Notes: generated by a model from the letters alone, not told the origin. A stretch of 64,000 bases of DNA from an uncultured bacterium (GCA_963749495.1 CAVVMW010000030.1:160001-224000), one strand, 5' to 3'. Positions 51,090 to 61,635 are shown, counted from the first letter of the stretch. Numbers and translations are program-made.

Positions 51090-51527
51090 TCAACCCGGCA
51101 AGTCTTTGCCGCTGGTGGTGACGGTAAGCTTGCCGTGCTTGACGCCTTTGGCGGCGATGAGTTCGTCGGCAATTCGCTTGATGGTGGCGGCCTGGCCGCG
51201 CACGGCCAGGACTTCGAGGCAATTGAAATGATCCAGGTGGACGTGGAGGGAGGAGAGGATGACGTCGTGGTGGTCGTGCTGGATATCGGTCAGGGCGGCT
51301 TGGACATGCTGTTTGTGGTGGTCGTACACCAGCGTGATGGTGCCGGCGATCTCCTGGTCGCCGAAGTTTTGCCTGTGCTCGACCAATTGGGCGCGGATCA
51401 TGTCGGCCACGGCCAGGGAACGGTTGTCGTAGCCCTTCTGGCGGGCCATCTGGTCGAGTTGCCTGGCCAGGGCTTTGGGGATGGAGATGCTGAGGCGAAC
51501 GGCGCCGTCCTGTTGCTTGTTGTTCAC
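51090..51527 (-). CDS. nikR: Nickel-responsive regulator
   Basis: RHH RLSISI..GYDNRS; VYDHH; HVHLDHFNCLEV. Confidence 0.95.
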   Translation of the reverse strand: MNNKQQDGAVRLSISIPKALARQLDQMARQKGYDNRSLAVADMIRAQLVEHRQNFGDQEIAGTITLVYDHHKQHVQAALTDIQHDHHDVILSSLHVHLDHFNCLEVLAVRGQAATIKRIADELIAAKGVKHGKLTVTTSGKDLPG

Positions 51528-51598
51528 GGGGCGGAGGATAGCACAGGGATTGCGCCAATTGAATAAAAACGGGTCATGACGTGTCTGATCCTCAAGTC

Positions 51599-51826
51599 AT
51601 GATGAAGACCCAACGCAAGAGTCCATCCCCCGTGCTGACCAAGGGCCAACTTTGGAAGACCGACCAGGCCTATATCCACATCGTTGGGCTTGGCAAGACC
51701 CTGCTCCATTACCGGATGACCCGGAGCCTCAAGCAAAAGGGCGTCGTCACCCAGATGAGCGCCATCGGGACCATGGCCAACTACCTCAAGAGCAACGAGG
51801 CGCGCCTGATTCGGACCAGCGCGTAG
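51599..51826 (+). CDS. Small basic hypothetical protein
   Basis: 75-aa ORF with host-like codon usage, divergent from nikR. Confidence 0.65.
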   Translation: MMKTQRKSPSPVLTKGQLWKTDQAYIHIVGLGKTLLHYRMTRSLKQKGVVTQMSAIGTMANYLKSNEARLIRTSA

Positions 51827-51849
51827 TGTGGTGTCCCCCGAAATAGCTA

Positions 51850-51989
51850 GAGCCTGTCCCAGAACCTGCGAATTCTGAGACCTTGGTCGGAACCTTTGTC
51901 GGAACCTTTGTCGGATTGGCGCTTTCTGGACAAAGGTGCCGACAAAGGCTGCGACAAAGGTCCGGAATCAGAGTTCTTGGGACAGGCTC
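51850..51989. mobile_element. 140-bp MITE (type 2), copy 2, inverted
   Basis: TIR GAGCCTGTCCCA/TGGGACAGGCTC; flanks TAGCTA/TCGCTA. Confidence 0.85.
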
Positions 51990-51992
51990 TCG

Positions 51993-52958
51993 CTAGTCAA
52001 ATGCGTGTCCGGCGCAGCACAGGACGTTGCGGACCTTGTGCCGGACCAGTTCCTTGACCTTGGTGCGGGCGGGACCCAGGTATTTGCGCGGGTCGAATTC
52101 CTTGGGGGTTTCGGCAAAGACCTTGCGGATGCCGGCCGTCAGGGCCAGGCGCAGGTCGGTATCGATATTGACCTTGGTGCAGCCGGTGCGGCGGGCGACC
52201 TCGATGTCGGCCTCGGGCACGCCGGCGGTGTCAGTGCCCAGCTTGCCGCCGTATTTGTTGATTTCCTCGACCAATTCCTTGGGGACGCTGGAGGCGCCGT
52301 GCAGGACCAGGGGGTAATCGCCCAGCCCGGCATCCATGAGGGCCTTCTTGATGGCCTTGAGGCGTTCGAGGTCCAGGTGCTGCTCGCCCTTGAATTTATA
52401 GGCGCCATGGGAGTTGCCGATGGCCACGGCCAGGGAATCCACGCCGGAACGCCGGACGAAATCCACCGCCTGTTCCGGGTGCGTGTAGTGGCCCTCGACC
52501 GAGTAGTGGCCGCCCGCCTCGCCTTCGTCGAACTGGGCGCCGACCAGGTGCCCCAGCTCGCCTTCGACCACGCCATTGTGCTTGTGGGCGTAGTCCACCA
52601 CGCGCCGGCAGATCTCGATGTTCTTCTCCAGCGGCTCGTGGCTGGCGTCAATCATGACGCTAGTGAATCCTTCATCGATGCACTCCTTGCACAGTTCGAA
52701 ACTGTCCCCGTGGTCCAGGTGCACGGCGATCGGGATGTTCGAGAGGCTGATGGCCGCCTCAATGAGCTTCTTGAGGTAGATGGGATTGGCGTAGCCTCGC
52801 GCCCCTTTGGAAATCTGGAGGATGACGGGGGCCTTTTCGGCCTCGCAGGCCTCCACAATGGCCTGGAGCAATTCCATGTTGTTGACGTTGAAGGCGCCCA
52901 AGGCGTACTTGCCCTTAAGGGCCTTGGCAAACAAATCTCTGGTGTGTGTCAGTGGCAT
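51993..52958 (-). CDS. fba: Class II fructose-bisphosphate aldolase
   Basis: AFNVNNME, HLDHG, SVMIDAS, AIGNSHGAYK, LVLHGASS, KVNIDTD. Confidence 0.95.
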   Translation of the reverse strand: MPLTHTRDLFAKALKGKYALGAFNVNNMELLQAIVEACEAEKAPVILQISKGARGYANPIYLKKLIEAAISLSNIPIAVHLDHGDSFELCKECIDEGFTSVMIDASHEPLEKNIEICRRVVDYAHKHNGVVEGELGHLVGAQFDEGEAGGHYSVEGHYTHPEQAVDFVRRSGVDSLAVAIGNSHGAYKFKGEQHLDLERLKAIKKALMDAGLGDYPLVLHGASSVPKELVEEINKYGGKLGTDTAGVPEADIEVARRTGCTKVNIDTDLRLALTAGIRKVFAETPKEFDPRKYLGPARTKVKELVRHKVRNVLCCAGHAFD

Positions 52959-53141
52959 AAGTTTCGTTCTCGAGTCAGTCAGTCATTAAACCCATCAGTC
53001 AACGGCCACAAACCCTGCAGCCAAGCACCCTACCATAGCGACCGCCGGGGGCAAAGAAAACCACAATGTTGGAGGGGCCGCAAGCGGGAAACGTCCCCGG
53101 ACTGTAAGGCGTCGTGGAGGCGAGAGCGGAATCGCGGGCTG

Positions 53142-53288
53142 GCCCCTCACCCCGGCCCTCTCCCCATCGGATGGGGGGAGGGAGAATTGTCCGTAGCGGC
53201 TCGAGGAACCAGGGACGCCTGGAAGTTCAAGAGACTGCCGATGCTCCGCCCTCTCCCCATCGGACGGGGAGAGGGTAGGGGTGAGGGG
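53142..53288. repeat. REP-like hairpin, family F
   Basis: CCCCTCACCCCGGCCCTCTCCCC ... GGGGAGAGGGTAGGGGTGAGGGG. Confidence 0.75.
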
Positions 53289-53330
53289 TCCGCCGGGGAC
53301 TCCGTCTCCGCCTTCACCGGTTAGCCCGCC

Positions 53331-54539
53331 CTACCGCTTGTTGACAATGGTCGAGATTTGGAAGATGGGCAGGAACATGCAGATGACCATGCTGCCGACC
53401 ACGATGCCCAGGAAGACGATCAGGATGGGCTCGATGAGGGACATCAGGCCCGCCAGCGTGGTCTCAATCTCTTCGTCCATGAAATCCGAAATCCGCTCCA
53501 GCATATTGTCGATCTTGCCGGTCTGCTCCCCGGCGGTGACCATGCGGATGATCATGCTCGGGAAGATCGGGTGCTTGCCCAGGGCGCTGGAGATGCTCTC
53601 GCCGCGCTCGATGTCAACCGCCGCGGCCTTGATGGCCTTTTCCATCACCGCGTTGCCCACGGTCTGCGAGACGATCTGCAGGACCTCCAGGATGGGGACG
53701 CCGCTGCGAACCAGGGAGGCCAGGGTCCGCGTGAACCGCGCCAAGCAGATTTTGTGGGCGATGACGCCAATGACGGGCAACTTGATGCGGCGCGCGTCCC
53801 AAAAGTGGCGGCCCCCGGGCGTCCGGATGAAGTAGAACCAGCCGTAAGCGAGGCCCGTGGCGCACGCCAGGATTAGGACGATGTAATGCCTTACGAACGT
53901 GCTCGTGTTAATCAGGTATTGCGTCGGCGCCGGCAGCTTCGAGCCGAAGCTGGAAAAGACCTCCGCAAACACCGGCACCACCCTGACCAGCAGGAAGCCG
54001 GTGATCAGGACCGCCACCACGCACACCACCGTGGGATACATCAGGGCCGATTTGACCTTTTTGCGGAGCCGGGCCGCATTCTCCAGGTAGGTGGCCAGGC
54101 GCGCCAGGATTTCCGCCAGCAGACCGCCGCGCTCGCCGGCGGCCACCATGCACACGTAAAGCCGGTTGAAGGCCTTGGGATGCTTCTGCAGCGCCTCAGA
54201 AAAGCTGTCGCCCCCCTCGACCCTGGAGCAGACGTCGCGGATGACGTCCCGCATGCCCTTGTGGGTGGTCTGCTCGGCCAGGGCCTGCAAGGACTGGACC
54301 ATCGCCAGGCCCGCATCGATCATCGTGGCCAGTTGGCGGGTGAAGATGACCAGGTCCATCAGCGGCACGCCGCCCCCGCTGGTCTGGCCCTTCTTGGCAA
54401 CCTTCTCCTGTATCGCCACGACCAGGAGGTTGCGGTTCAACAGCGTGGCGATGGCCGCCTGTTCCGTAACCGCCTCAACCGAATTTCGAATCTCGCGTCC
54501 GGATGCCGTATCGCGAGCCACATAGGCAAATGAGGCCAT
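53331..54539 (-). CDS. pilC: Type IV pilus/T2SS platform protein PilC/GspF
   Basis: FTRQLATMIDAGL, AGERGG.L, ALMYP, GEQTGK, IEPILIV, MFLPIF. Confidence 0.92.
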   Translation of the reverse strand: MASFAYVARDTASGREIRNSVEAVTEQAAIATLLNRNLLVVAIQEKVAKKGQTSGGGVPLMDLVIFTRQLATMIDAGLAMVQSLQALAEQTTHKGMRDVIRDVCSRVEGGDSFSEALQKHPKAFNRLYVCMVAAGERGGLLAEILARLATYLENAARLRKKVKSALMYPTVVCVVAVLITGFLLVRVVPVFAEVFSSFGSKLPAPTQYLINTSTFVRHYIVLILACATGLAYGWFYFIRTPGGRHFWDARRIKLPVIGVIAHKICLARFTRTLASLVRSGVPILEVLQIVSQTVGNAVMEKAIKAAAVDIERGESISSALGKHPIFPSMIIRMVTAGEQTGKIDNMLERISDFMDEEIETTLAGLMSLIEPILIVFLGIVVGSMVICMFLPIFQISTIVNKR

Positions 54540-54951
54540 AAAGCGTCTGACCGGTCCCCAACGGAGCAGGGTTCGTTCCAGAAACCAGAGGACCGCCCGT
54601 CCCGGCAGGGCAGCCGCAGCTATTTCCAGGGGCAAGAGGCAGAATCGTTGGGCAAACACAAAGACGATCTGGCAGAAAAACAGTTCTTTTGCATTTTTCT
54701 GCCAGATCAGATGCGTCTGCCCTTCTTCCGCCGATTTGGGGATCTCCTGTCCCAAGCTGGTACAGGATTGCCCAGAATCGGGCGGAAAACCTGGGCGAGA
54801 TTCTTGTTGTCAAACAACCAACTTTTCCCTATGTATGGCGCAGGAGCACCGGTTTTGGTGCGAGGGCAGACCGGTTCTGCCCTCTTCAGATGCAGAATTA
54901 GGCAGGAAACATAAATAAGTAACAGTACAAGCACAAACATCGGAGGAACCA

Positions 54952-56176
54952 ATGAAGTTTAACAAATGGACAGTAGCGTTGGCCGCCGTCGGGGTGGTCA
55001 GCCTGGCGTCCGCCGCCAAAGCCGAGGAGAAGGCGAGCGCTGTTGCGACGGCGCTCTCGTCCACGACAATCGGCGGCTATGTGGACACGTCGGCACAGTG
55101 GAACGTCGGCACCGGAAACGCGAATCCGGCGCCCTACAAGTTCAACACCCCGAGCAAGGCCGACGGTTTCAACTTGGACGTCTTCCAGCTCAGAATCGCC
55201 AAGCCGCTCGATGAAACTCCCTGGTCGGCCGGGTACCTGGTGGACCTGTGGGCCGGCCCGGATGCCAACGTCCTGGGGACCACCTCGACGATCTTCAAGG
55301 GCGGCGCGCCCTCGGACTTCGCCGTCCGGCAGGCCTACGTCTCGTTGAACGTGCCCGTGCTCAATGGGCTTGACTGCAAGGTCGGCGTGTTCGACAGCAT
55401 TATCGGCTACGAATCGGTGGAATCGCCGAATGACCCCAACTACACCCGTTCTTACGGGCATAGCATGGAACCCCAGACCCACACGGGCGTGCTGGCCACC
55501 TATCGTTTCGGCACTGCGCTCAGCGTCAGTGGAGGCGTGGCCGACACGGTGGGCCCGATCATCAACGAACGCCCGTTCGAGGGCCTGAACGCCGCTGGCG
55601 CCAACAAGGCCGAGTCCTACAAGACTTACATGGCCTCGATCGAGTTGACCGCCCCGGACAGCATGGGATTCCTGGCCGGCTCCAAGCTCTACGGCGGATT
55701 CGTGAACGGCTTCTCTGACCGTGCAGCCGGCATGGCAGGGGTAGGGGCCACTGGCGACCAAACCAGCTATTATGTTGGCACCACCCTCGCCACCCCCATC
55801 AAGGAACTGACCCTGGGCGCTTCACTTGACTACCTGGACCTCTACGGCGTCAAAGGCCAGACCTGGTCGGCCGCCGGCTATGCCTCCTACCATGCCACCG
55901 AGAAGCTCAGCTTCCATGCCCGTGGTGAATACGTCAAGGACAGCGCCGGGGCCTTAGGCTTCGCCGTCGACCCGATCGCCGGCCGCGCCTCCGACCAGGT
56001 CCTGGCCCTCACGGGCACTGTCCAGTACCGACCTCTGGAAAAACGTGATCAGCCGCCTCGAGATCCGTTGGGACCACTCGCTCAGTGGCCTCAACACCTT
56101 TGGCGGCACCACGGCGGGCACACCCGACCGCGACAACGCCTGGCTGCTGGCCGCCAACGTCATCTACAGGTTCTAG
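54952..56176 (+). CDS. Outer membrane beta-barrel porin (BBP2/DUF1597-like), frameshifted at ~56028
   Basis: Signal peptide; VRQAYV; IGYE; PQTHTGV; corrected C-terminus SRLEIRWD...ANVIYRF. Confidence 0.85.
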
Positions 56177-56201
56177 GCCAACCCCCCCGGGTGGTTCCCA
56201 C

Positions 56202-56239
56202 GGGCCCCTTCCCCAATTGCTTGGGAGGGGCCCTTTTTT
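56202..56239 (+). terminator. Rho-independent terminator
   Basis: GGGCCCCTTCCCCAA-TTGC-TTGGGAGGGGCCC-TTTTTT after the porin stop. Confidence 0.75.
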
Positions 56240-56370
56240 AGTGCGGAGTGCGGAGTGCGGAGTGCGGAGTGCGGAATGCGGAGTGCGGAGTGCGGAGTGC
56301 GGAGTGCGGAATGCGGAGTGCGCAGTGCGGAGTGCGGAGTGCGGAGTGCGGAGTGCGCAGTGCGGAGTGC
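56240..56370. repeat. Heptamer array (AGTGCGG) x18
   Basis: Direct reading. Confidence 0.95.
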
Positions 56371-56382
56371 CGGTCCCAGGCG

Positions 56383-56613
56383 TCACCGGAAGAGTTCTAC
56401 TTGTGGCAGGCCAGCCAGGCGGGCCAGTTCGGCCTGGGCGGCATCGCACGTAGCGAGGACCCGGGCGCCGCTGTGCTGCGCCACTGCAACGTGAATGCAA
56501 TCCCAGGTGCCCGCAGTAGTCCGCGCCGCAAACCGGGCGCTCAATTCGTCTCCCCATTCCTCTGCCGGATGGAACCACGCCACCAGGACGGAGGTGTCGG
56601 CGTAAATCCTCAT
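56383..56613 (-). pseudogene. PIN/VapC toxin with apparent in-frame internal deletion (76 aa)
   Basis: IYADTSVLV start joined almost directly to WDCIHVAVA...LATCD; PIN domains are usually ~130-150 aa. Confidence 0.7.
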
Positions 56614-56858
56614 CGGCGGCGGCGGCGGCGCTCTTCCAGGACGGGGTTCGCCACTCGCTCAGACGGCTTGATTCGTTCCTGGGCCTGCCAAACTTCGCCC
56701 ATCACATCGTCCCAGGGGGGCGGTTGGACCCGGGACACCGGTTCCAGCCGCCCTACCGCGCGGCCACGGCGGGTGATTATCAGGCGCTCGCCCTTTTCCA
56801 GTTGGTCCAGGATGCTCCTGGTTTCCATGTGCAGTTGTTTTGCGGTCACTGTGCCCAT
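56610..56858 (-). CDS. Phd/YefM-family antitoxin
   Basis: TVTAKQLH..ILDQLEKGERLIITRRGRAVGRL; ATGA overlap with the PIN gene. Confidence 0.85.
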   Translation of the reverse strand: MGTVTAKQLHMETRSILDQLEKGERLIITRRGRAVGRLEPVSRVQPPPWDDVMGEVWQAQERIKPSERVANPVLEERRRRRR

Positions 56859-57029
56859 GCGACATAGGTAACACCTTCTTGGTGTCACCACAACGATCTT
56901 TTCAGCCTGGGGACGCATAGGTCGGTTCTTGCCTTTGACTGCCCCACGCTTTCCAAATAGGGGCATCGGCCCGCCGCGGGGGCACCTCCCGGCCTTGCGC
57001 GGGCGGCTGAACTCAGGCACCCTCGCCCC

Positions 57030-59144
57030 ATGACCGGAAAGCAGAGCTCCCTCAATCCTGCCGCGCTGGCGGTCGTTGCCACATCGATGCTCTGGCTGGC
57101 GCTGCCGGCCCGCGCCGCCGGGGCCCCGGGGCAGGGCCAACCCCTGACCCTCACTCGAGGCGAGGCCCGCCGCGTCGCCGGTGTGGCGGAATTGAAGGCC
57201 GCCCTTCAGGCCGCAGACATTGCGAAGGCCCCCACCACGCTCCTGCTGCAGGACGGCACGTATCTGCTGGACATCGGGGCGAGCGAGTTCAGCCCCCAGA
57301 CCATGCCGGCAGGCAAGCCGCTCCCGCCGGGGCTGAGCATCGTTCCCGGGCCGGTCAACGGCGCCTTCATCGAGCGGAACGGCAAGTTCCTGGCCGTGTA
57401 TGGGGATCCCTCGGGCGCGCACGTTGCGCCCGACACCGTCCTGCTGGCAGAAGCCCGTCGTGACGTCACCTGGGCCGCCCGCGGTCCGGCCCAGCGCGGG
57501 GCCAGGATAATCGCCCCGGAGAAGGAGGCCGGACTTCTGAGCCATCCCGAGAAGTTCTGGGCCGAGTTGCGCGAGAAACGCTTTCATGACTATGCGCAGC
57601 AATCGACGAAAGTGCCGGCTGAGGCGCTGCCCGTGAGCCGCACGGTCAAGGAGGGCGATACCGTCACCTGGGAGGACCTTGCCATCCGGGTGGTCGATAC
57701 CCCTGGCTACACGCCGGGCGCAGTGAGCTATCTGGTCGAGCTCGGAGGCCGGAAGGTCGCGTTCACGGGCAACCTGATCCGCGATGATGGGAAACTCCAG
57801 GACCTGTTCAGCCTCCAGGACGCTATCCCCGAGGCGAAGATCGGCGGGTATCATGGCTGGGCCGGGCGCCTGGCCCAATTGGTCGCGTCCCTCGATCGGG
57901 TCGCCGCCGAGAAACCGGACCTGTTGGCGCCCCTTCGTGGTCCGGTCATCCCCGATCCCGTGCCTGCGATTCGCCGCCTCCAAGACAGGATTCGCGCCGT
58001 CTATGCCAATTATCTCTCCATCAATGCGCTGCGATGGTATTTCAAGGACGAACACATCCGGGTCAAGGCCCGGCGCGTCCTGGGTGCGGACGCCCCGGTG
58101 GATTGGATGGAGATGGCGGAGACGCCGCTGCTGCCCGAACAGATCATCCCCATCTCGAATTCGAGGCTCATCCTCTCGGACGACCGCTCGGGGTTCCTGG
58201 TTGATTGCGGCAGCAGCGGCATCATCGGCCAGTTGCGCAAGCTGCGCGACGCCGCCAAGCTCACCTCGGTCGAGCACGTGTTTGTGACGCATTACCATGA
58301 CGATCATACGGACGCCTTGCCGGAGTTGGTCAAGGAGTTTGGCGCGAAGGTCCATGCCTGCGGCAGCCTGGTCAATGTCATCGAGCGGCCGGGCGATTAC
58401 CGGCTGCCGTGCCTGACCAAAAACCCCACTGCCGTCACGGCGCCGCACCGCGATGGCGACACCTGGAGGTGGAAAGAATACCGGCTCACCATCTTCGATT
58501 TCCCCGGCCAGACCCTGCACCACAATGGCTTGCTGGTCCAGAGGGACGGGGCCTGGTCCGCCTTTTTCGCGGGCGACTCCTTCACGCCCTCGGGCATCGA
58601 TGATTATTGCCTGCAGAACCGGAATTTCCTTCACGAAGGACAGGGCTACTTCCGCTGCCTGGATCAACTGGAGAGGTTGCCCAAGGGATGCCTGGTCCTC
58701 AACCAGCACGTCGAGCCTGCCTTCCGGTTTTCTCCGGCGCAAATAGGGCGGATGCGCCAGACCCTCCGGCAGCGGCTGCCCTTGCTGGCCCAGTTGCTGC
58801 CCTTCGATGACCCCAATTACGGCCTGGATGAAACCTGGGCGGTCCTGCACCCCTACTGGGTCACCCTGCGCCCCGGCCAGGCCGCGCAGCTCCAGTTGCG
58901 CATTACCAACCACTCCCCAAACCAGCGGACCTTCCATGCGGCCCTGCGCGCCCCCGAGGGCCTCCGGGCGGCGGCTCGTGCCGAACCGGCCCGCATCGCG
59001 CCAGACACCGAGGGCGCGATCGAGATGAGCGTGGCGGCGCCGGCTGACCGCCCGCCCGGTCTGCACGTGGTGGTTGCCGACGTGGCCTGGGAAGATGGCG
59101 AACTGCGAGAATGGGCGGAGGCGGTGATCGAAGTCGTGCCGTAG
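57030..59144 (+). CDS. Secreted tandem MBL-fold metallohydrolase with C-terminal Ig-like domain
   Basis: Domain 2 THYHDDH, PGQT..H, FAGD; domain 1 degenerate (AEARRD, TPGYT, FTGNL). Confidence 0.8.
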   Translation: MTGKQSSLNPAALAVVATSMLWLALPARAAGAPGQGQPLTLTRGEARRVAGVAELKAALQAADIAKAPTTLLLQDGTYLLDIGASEFSPQTMPAGKPLPPGLSIVPGPVNGAFIERNGKFLAVYGDPSGAHVAPDTVLLAEARRDVTWAARGPAQRGARIIAPEKEAGLLSHPEKFWAELREKRFHDYAQQSTKVPAEALPVSRTVKEGDTVTWEDLAIRVVDTPGYTPGAVSYLVELGGRKVAFTGNLIRDDGKLQDLFSLQDAIPEAKIGGYHGWAGRLAQLVASLDRVAAEKPDLLAPLRGPVIPDPVPAIRRLQDRIRAVYANYLSINALRWYFKDEHIRVKARRVLGADAPVDWMEMAETPLLPEQIIPISNSRLILSDDRSGFLVDCGSSGIIGQLRKLRDAAKLTSVEHVFVTHYHDDHTDALPELVKEFGAKVHACGSLVNVIERPGDYRLPCLTKNPTAVTAPHRDGDTWRWKEYRLTIFDFPGQTLHHNGLLVQRDGAWSAFFAGDSFTPSGIDDYCLQNRNFLHEGQGYFRCLDQLERLPKGCLVLNQHVEPAFRFSPAQIGRMRQTLRQRLPLLAQLLPFDDPNYGLDETWAVLHPYWVTLRPGQAAQLQLRITNHSPNQRTFHAALRAPEGLRAAARAEPARIAPDTEGAIEMSVAAPADRPPGLHVVVADVAWEDGELREWAEAVIEVVP

Positions 59145-59273
59145 GTCGGCGTTAAAGGCTTGTGCAAGAATAGAGGCCGGGATTGAGGCAAGATTCTAAC
59201 ATTTTGGAACCCTGATTGGCCTCAGACCCAGGGGATTCATAAGCAACCGGAGGTGGCTTGCTCACGTGCTTTT

Positions 59274-59460
59274 CATCCCGGAGGGATGCCTGAGAATAGC
59301 CCAACGCTTCAGCGTTGGGTGGCGGGGCAAAGGCGGTCAAGTCCCGAAGGGACGGCCGAAATGTCGGGCCGCTCAGCCGTCCCTTCGGGACTGGGCCGTT
59401 TTGGGGCACATCAACCCAATGCTAAAGCATTGGGCTATTCTCATGTGTCCCTCCGGGACA
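59274..59460. repeat. REP doublet, family B, without TIR
   Basis: GAGAATAGCCCAACGCTTCAGCGTTGGG...GTCCCGAAGGGAC...GGGCTATTCTC..GTCCCTCCGGGAC. Confidence 0.8.
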
Positions 59461-59525
59461 GCGACATTGGCCGTGGCCCACGATGAATTCATCGGGGCGC
59501 TGGTCCGGGCCTTTCGAGCTTTGGG

Positions 59526-60497
59526 TCACTGGCTCAGGCAGGAGAATTGCACAGCCAGCTTCGCATCCTGTTCCGGTTCATCGCGAAAGCGCGGGAACAT
59601 CCCCACGATGACGGCGTCGGTAGGCTTGATGTTCCGGAAGGCGAACTCGAAGGACTTGACCACGTGTTCGGGGCTGTCGCAGTTCCTGCCGGCGCCCAGG
59701 ATCTTGAAACCGAGGCAGGGGCGCTTGACCTGCCGGATAACCTCGCACATTCGCGGCGGGTCGCTCGGCAGGAACAGCTCCCCGAGCGGCGTCTCTCCTC
59801 CAAGCTGGGCCCGATCTCCTCGGTGGAGCGCGAGACACGGTAAAAGCAGGTCATGTAGAGATCCAGGTTCCAGCCCTGCTCCTCGGCATGGCGAATCACG
59901 GCGGGGTTGTGGGCGGACAGGCCCGCCATCACCCCCAGGTCGCGGACCCGCTTGGTGAAGTCGTGCGCCTTCTCGATCTGGCCTGCGCGCCAGAGACCGT
60001 CGCTGACGCCGCCATGGTGCATGACGGCAATTGGCTTGTTGCGCCGGATAATCTCCTTCAAGGCATTGGCGTCCTCCAGGTGCGGGCTGGAGGCCAGGAA
60101 AATCCACTGAATGTCCCCTCCGCGGTTGCGCAGGTTCTCCAGGGCCTGGTCCACCTTCTCGTCGGCCGAGGTCTGCCAGGTGTTGATGCCCGCGGCCAGG
60201 CATCGGTCCAGGAGTTTGCCGATGTTCTCCGGCGTGTAGTAGTCCATCATCACGCGGTCCATGAGGCGGCTCACGTGCGAGTAGCCTAGAATCGGATTCG
60301 AACCCACGATGAGCCGGCTCGACCTTGTGAGCACCCAGTTGAATCAACGGCATATCGGCGCCGGCCGCTGGCGCCGCGCCCAGCGAGAGCGCCGCGGGCC
60401 CCGCCATGGCCAGGCCAACCCCGGCCGCCGTTTGCCTGAGAAACTCCCGCCGGTTGCACTGGTTCTGAACGGGCCTGTCCTGTCGTTCTGTGTTCAT
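59526..60497 (-). CDS. Tat-exported AKR-like TIM-barrel protein, frameshifts at ~60320 and ~59811
   Basis: NRREFL; SRLIVGSNP; GLSAHNP; GFKILGAGR. Confidence 0.75.
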   Translation of the reverse strand: MNTERQDRPVQNQCNRREFLRQTAAGVGLAMAGPAALSLGAAPAAGADMPLIQLGAHKVEPAHRGFESDSRLLAREPPHGPRDDGLLHAGEHRQTPGPMPGRGHQHLADLGRREGGPGPGEPAQPRRGHSVDFPGLQPAPGGRQCLEGDYPAQQANCRHAPWRRQRRSLARRPDREGARLHQAGPRPGGDGGPVRPQPRRDSPCRGAGLEPGSLHDLLLPCLALHRGDRAQLGGETPLGELFLPSDPPRMCEVIRQVKRPCLGFKILGAGRNCDSPEHVVKSFEFAFRNIKPTDAVIVGMFPRFRDEPEQDAKLAVQFSCLSQ

Positions 60498-60702
60498 ACG
60501 GTGTTGCACGTGGTTTGCGCCTCCCGATTACCATCCGGTCGCCCCTCGGTCAATGATTTTTTGGCATGCAAAACATCATGTCCTGAATACATAATGTTTC
60601 CCGTACATAACCCGGGAAAAAGCGGAGGGCTGGATCTCGAGAACTTGACATTTCTATCAGTGCGCTGCCTGGCGAACGCACCCTCAAGTGCCGCGAGCCT
60701 GC

Positions 60703-61635
60703 TCAATGCTTTTCGGGCCCGAGGAACCCCTGGTGGCCCAGCCAGGCGGCACAAGACCGGGTCCAGGTGGAGCAGGGCTGGTCGCTGGGCCGGACACCGA
60801 AGTCGTGAGCGGCCCCGGCATAGACGTGCAGCTCGGCCGGGATGCCGGCCCGACTTAAGGCGAGGTACATCAACACGCTGTGCTCAGGCGGGCTGATGAG
60901 GTCTGCCCCGCCGTGCGCCAGGAACACCGGAGGCGTTCCGGCGGGCACCCGCAGGCCCGGAGCCAGTTCATCTCTGTCCTTGGCCTTCAAGTAGCCCGGA
61001 TAGGCCAGGATGGCGAAGTCGGGCCGGCAACCGGCCTGGTCGATCTCATCAATGGGCTCGTAGGTCCGCTTATCGAACTCGGTTGCGGCGGCAATGGCCA
61101 GGTGGCCCCCTGCCGAGAAGCCGACGATGCCGATCCGTTGCGGGTCAACGCCCAATTCCTTGGCTTTGCTCCGGACCAGGCTGATGGCCCGCTGGGCATC
61201 CTGGAGGGGGCGGCGGGCCGGCTCGCGTGGCGGCTCGTCCGGGCGGCGCGGGACCCGGTACTTCAGAATGATGCCGGTCACGCCCAGCGAGTTGAGCCAG
61301 GCCGCCACCTCTTCACCCTCCAATTGCCAGTAGAGGTTCCAATAACCGCCGCCGGGACAGATGACGACCGCGCACCCGGTGTCCTTATCCTGTGCGGGCC
61401 GATAAATCGTGATGGTTGGCTTGCTCACGCCGGTGAGCAGCGTGGTGGATTCGGTGACCTCGACCTGCTTCCGATCCAACTGCGGTGACATCCGGGTTTG
61501 TTCCGGGCCGATGGCGCCGGCTTCGTCCGGGACTTTGCCGGGCCAAATCTCGATCACCTCCGGCTTTTCCGCCGCGCCCGCCAGCCAGGCAAGGCACGTC
61601 CAGGCGAGCAGGCAGAGGGTTGGTGCAATTCGCAT
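60703..61635 (-). CDS. Secreted alpha/beta hydrolase (esterase)
   Basis: CPGGGY, GFSAGGHL, RPDFAILAYP, AHDFG. Confidence 0.9.
   Translation of the reverse strand: MRIAPTLCLLAWTCLAWLAGAAEKPEVIEIWPGKVPDEAGAIGPEQTRMSPQLDRKQVEVTESTTLLTGVSKPTITIYRPAQDKDTGCAVVICPGGGYWNLYWQLEGEEVAAWLNSLGVTGIILKYRVPRRPDEPPREPARRPLQDAQRAISLVRSKAKELGVDPQRIGIVGFSAGGHLAIAAATEFDKRTYEPIDEIDQAGCRPDFAILAYPGYLKAKDRDELAPGLRVPAGTPPVFLAHGGADLISPPEHSVLMYLALSRAGIPAELHVYAGAAHDFGVRPSDQPCSTWTRSCAAWLGHQGFLGPEKH

Noticed and set aside
56610..59066. 818-aa minus-strand ORF and similar long antisense ORFs (14161-16134, 34984-37053, 39112-41904)
   Set aside because: Antisense shadows of high-GC genes; only the last 82 aa (Phd antitoxin) is credible
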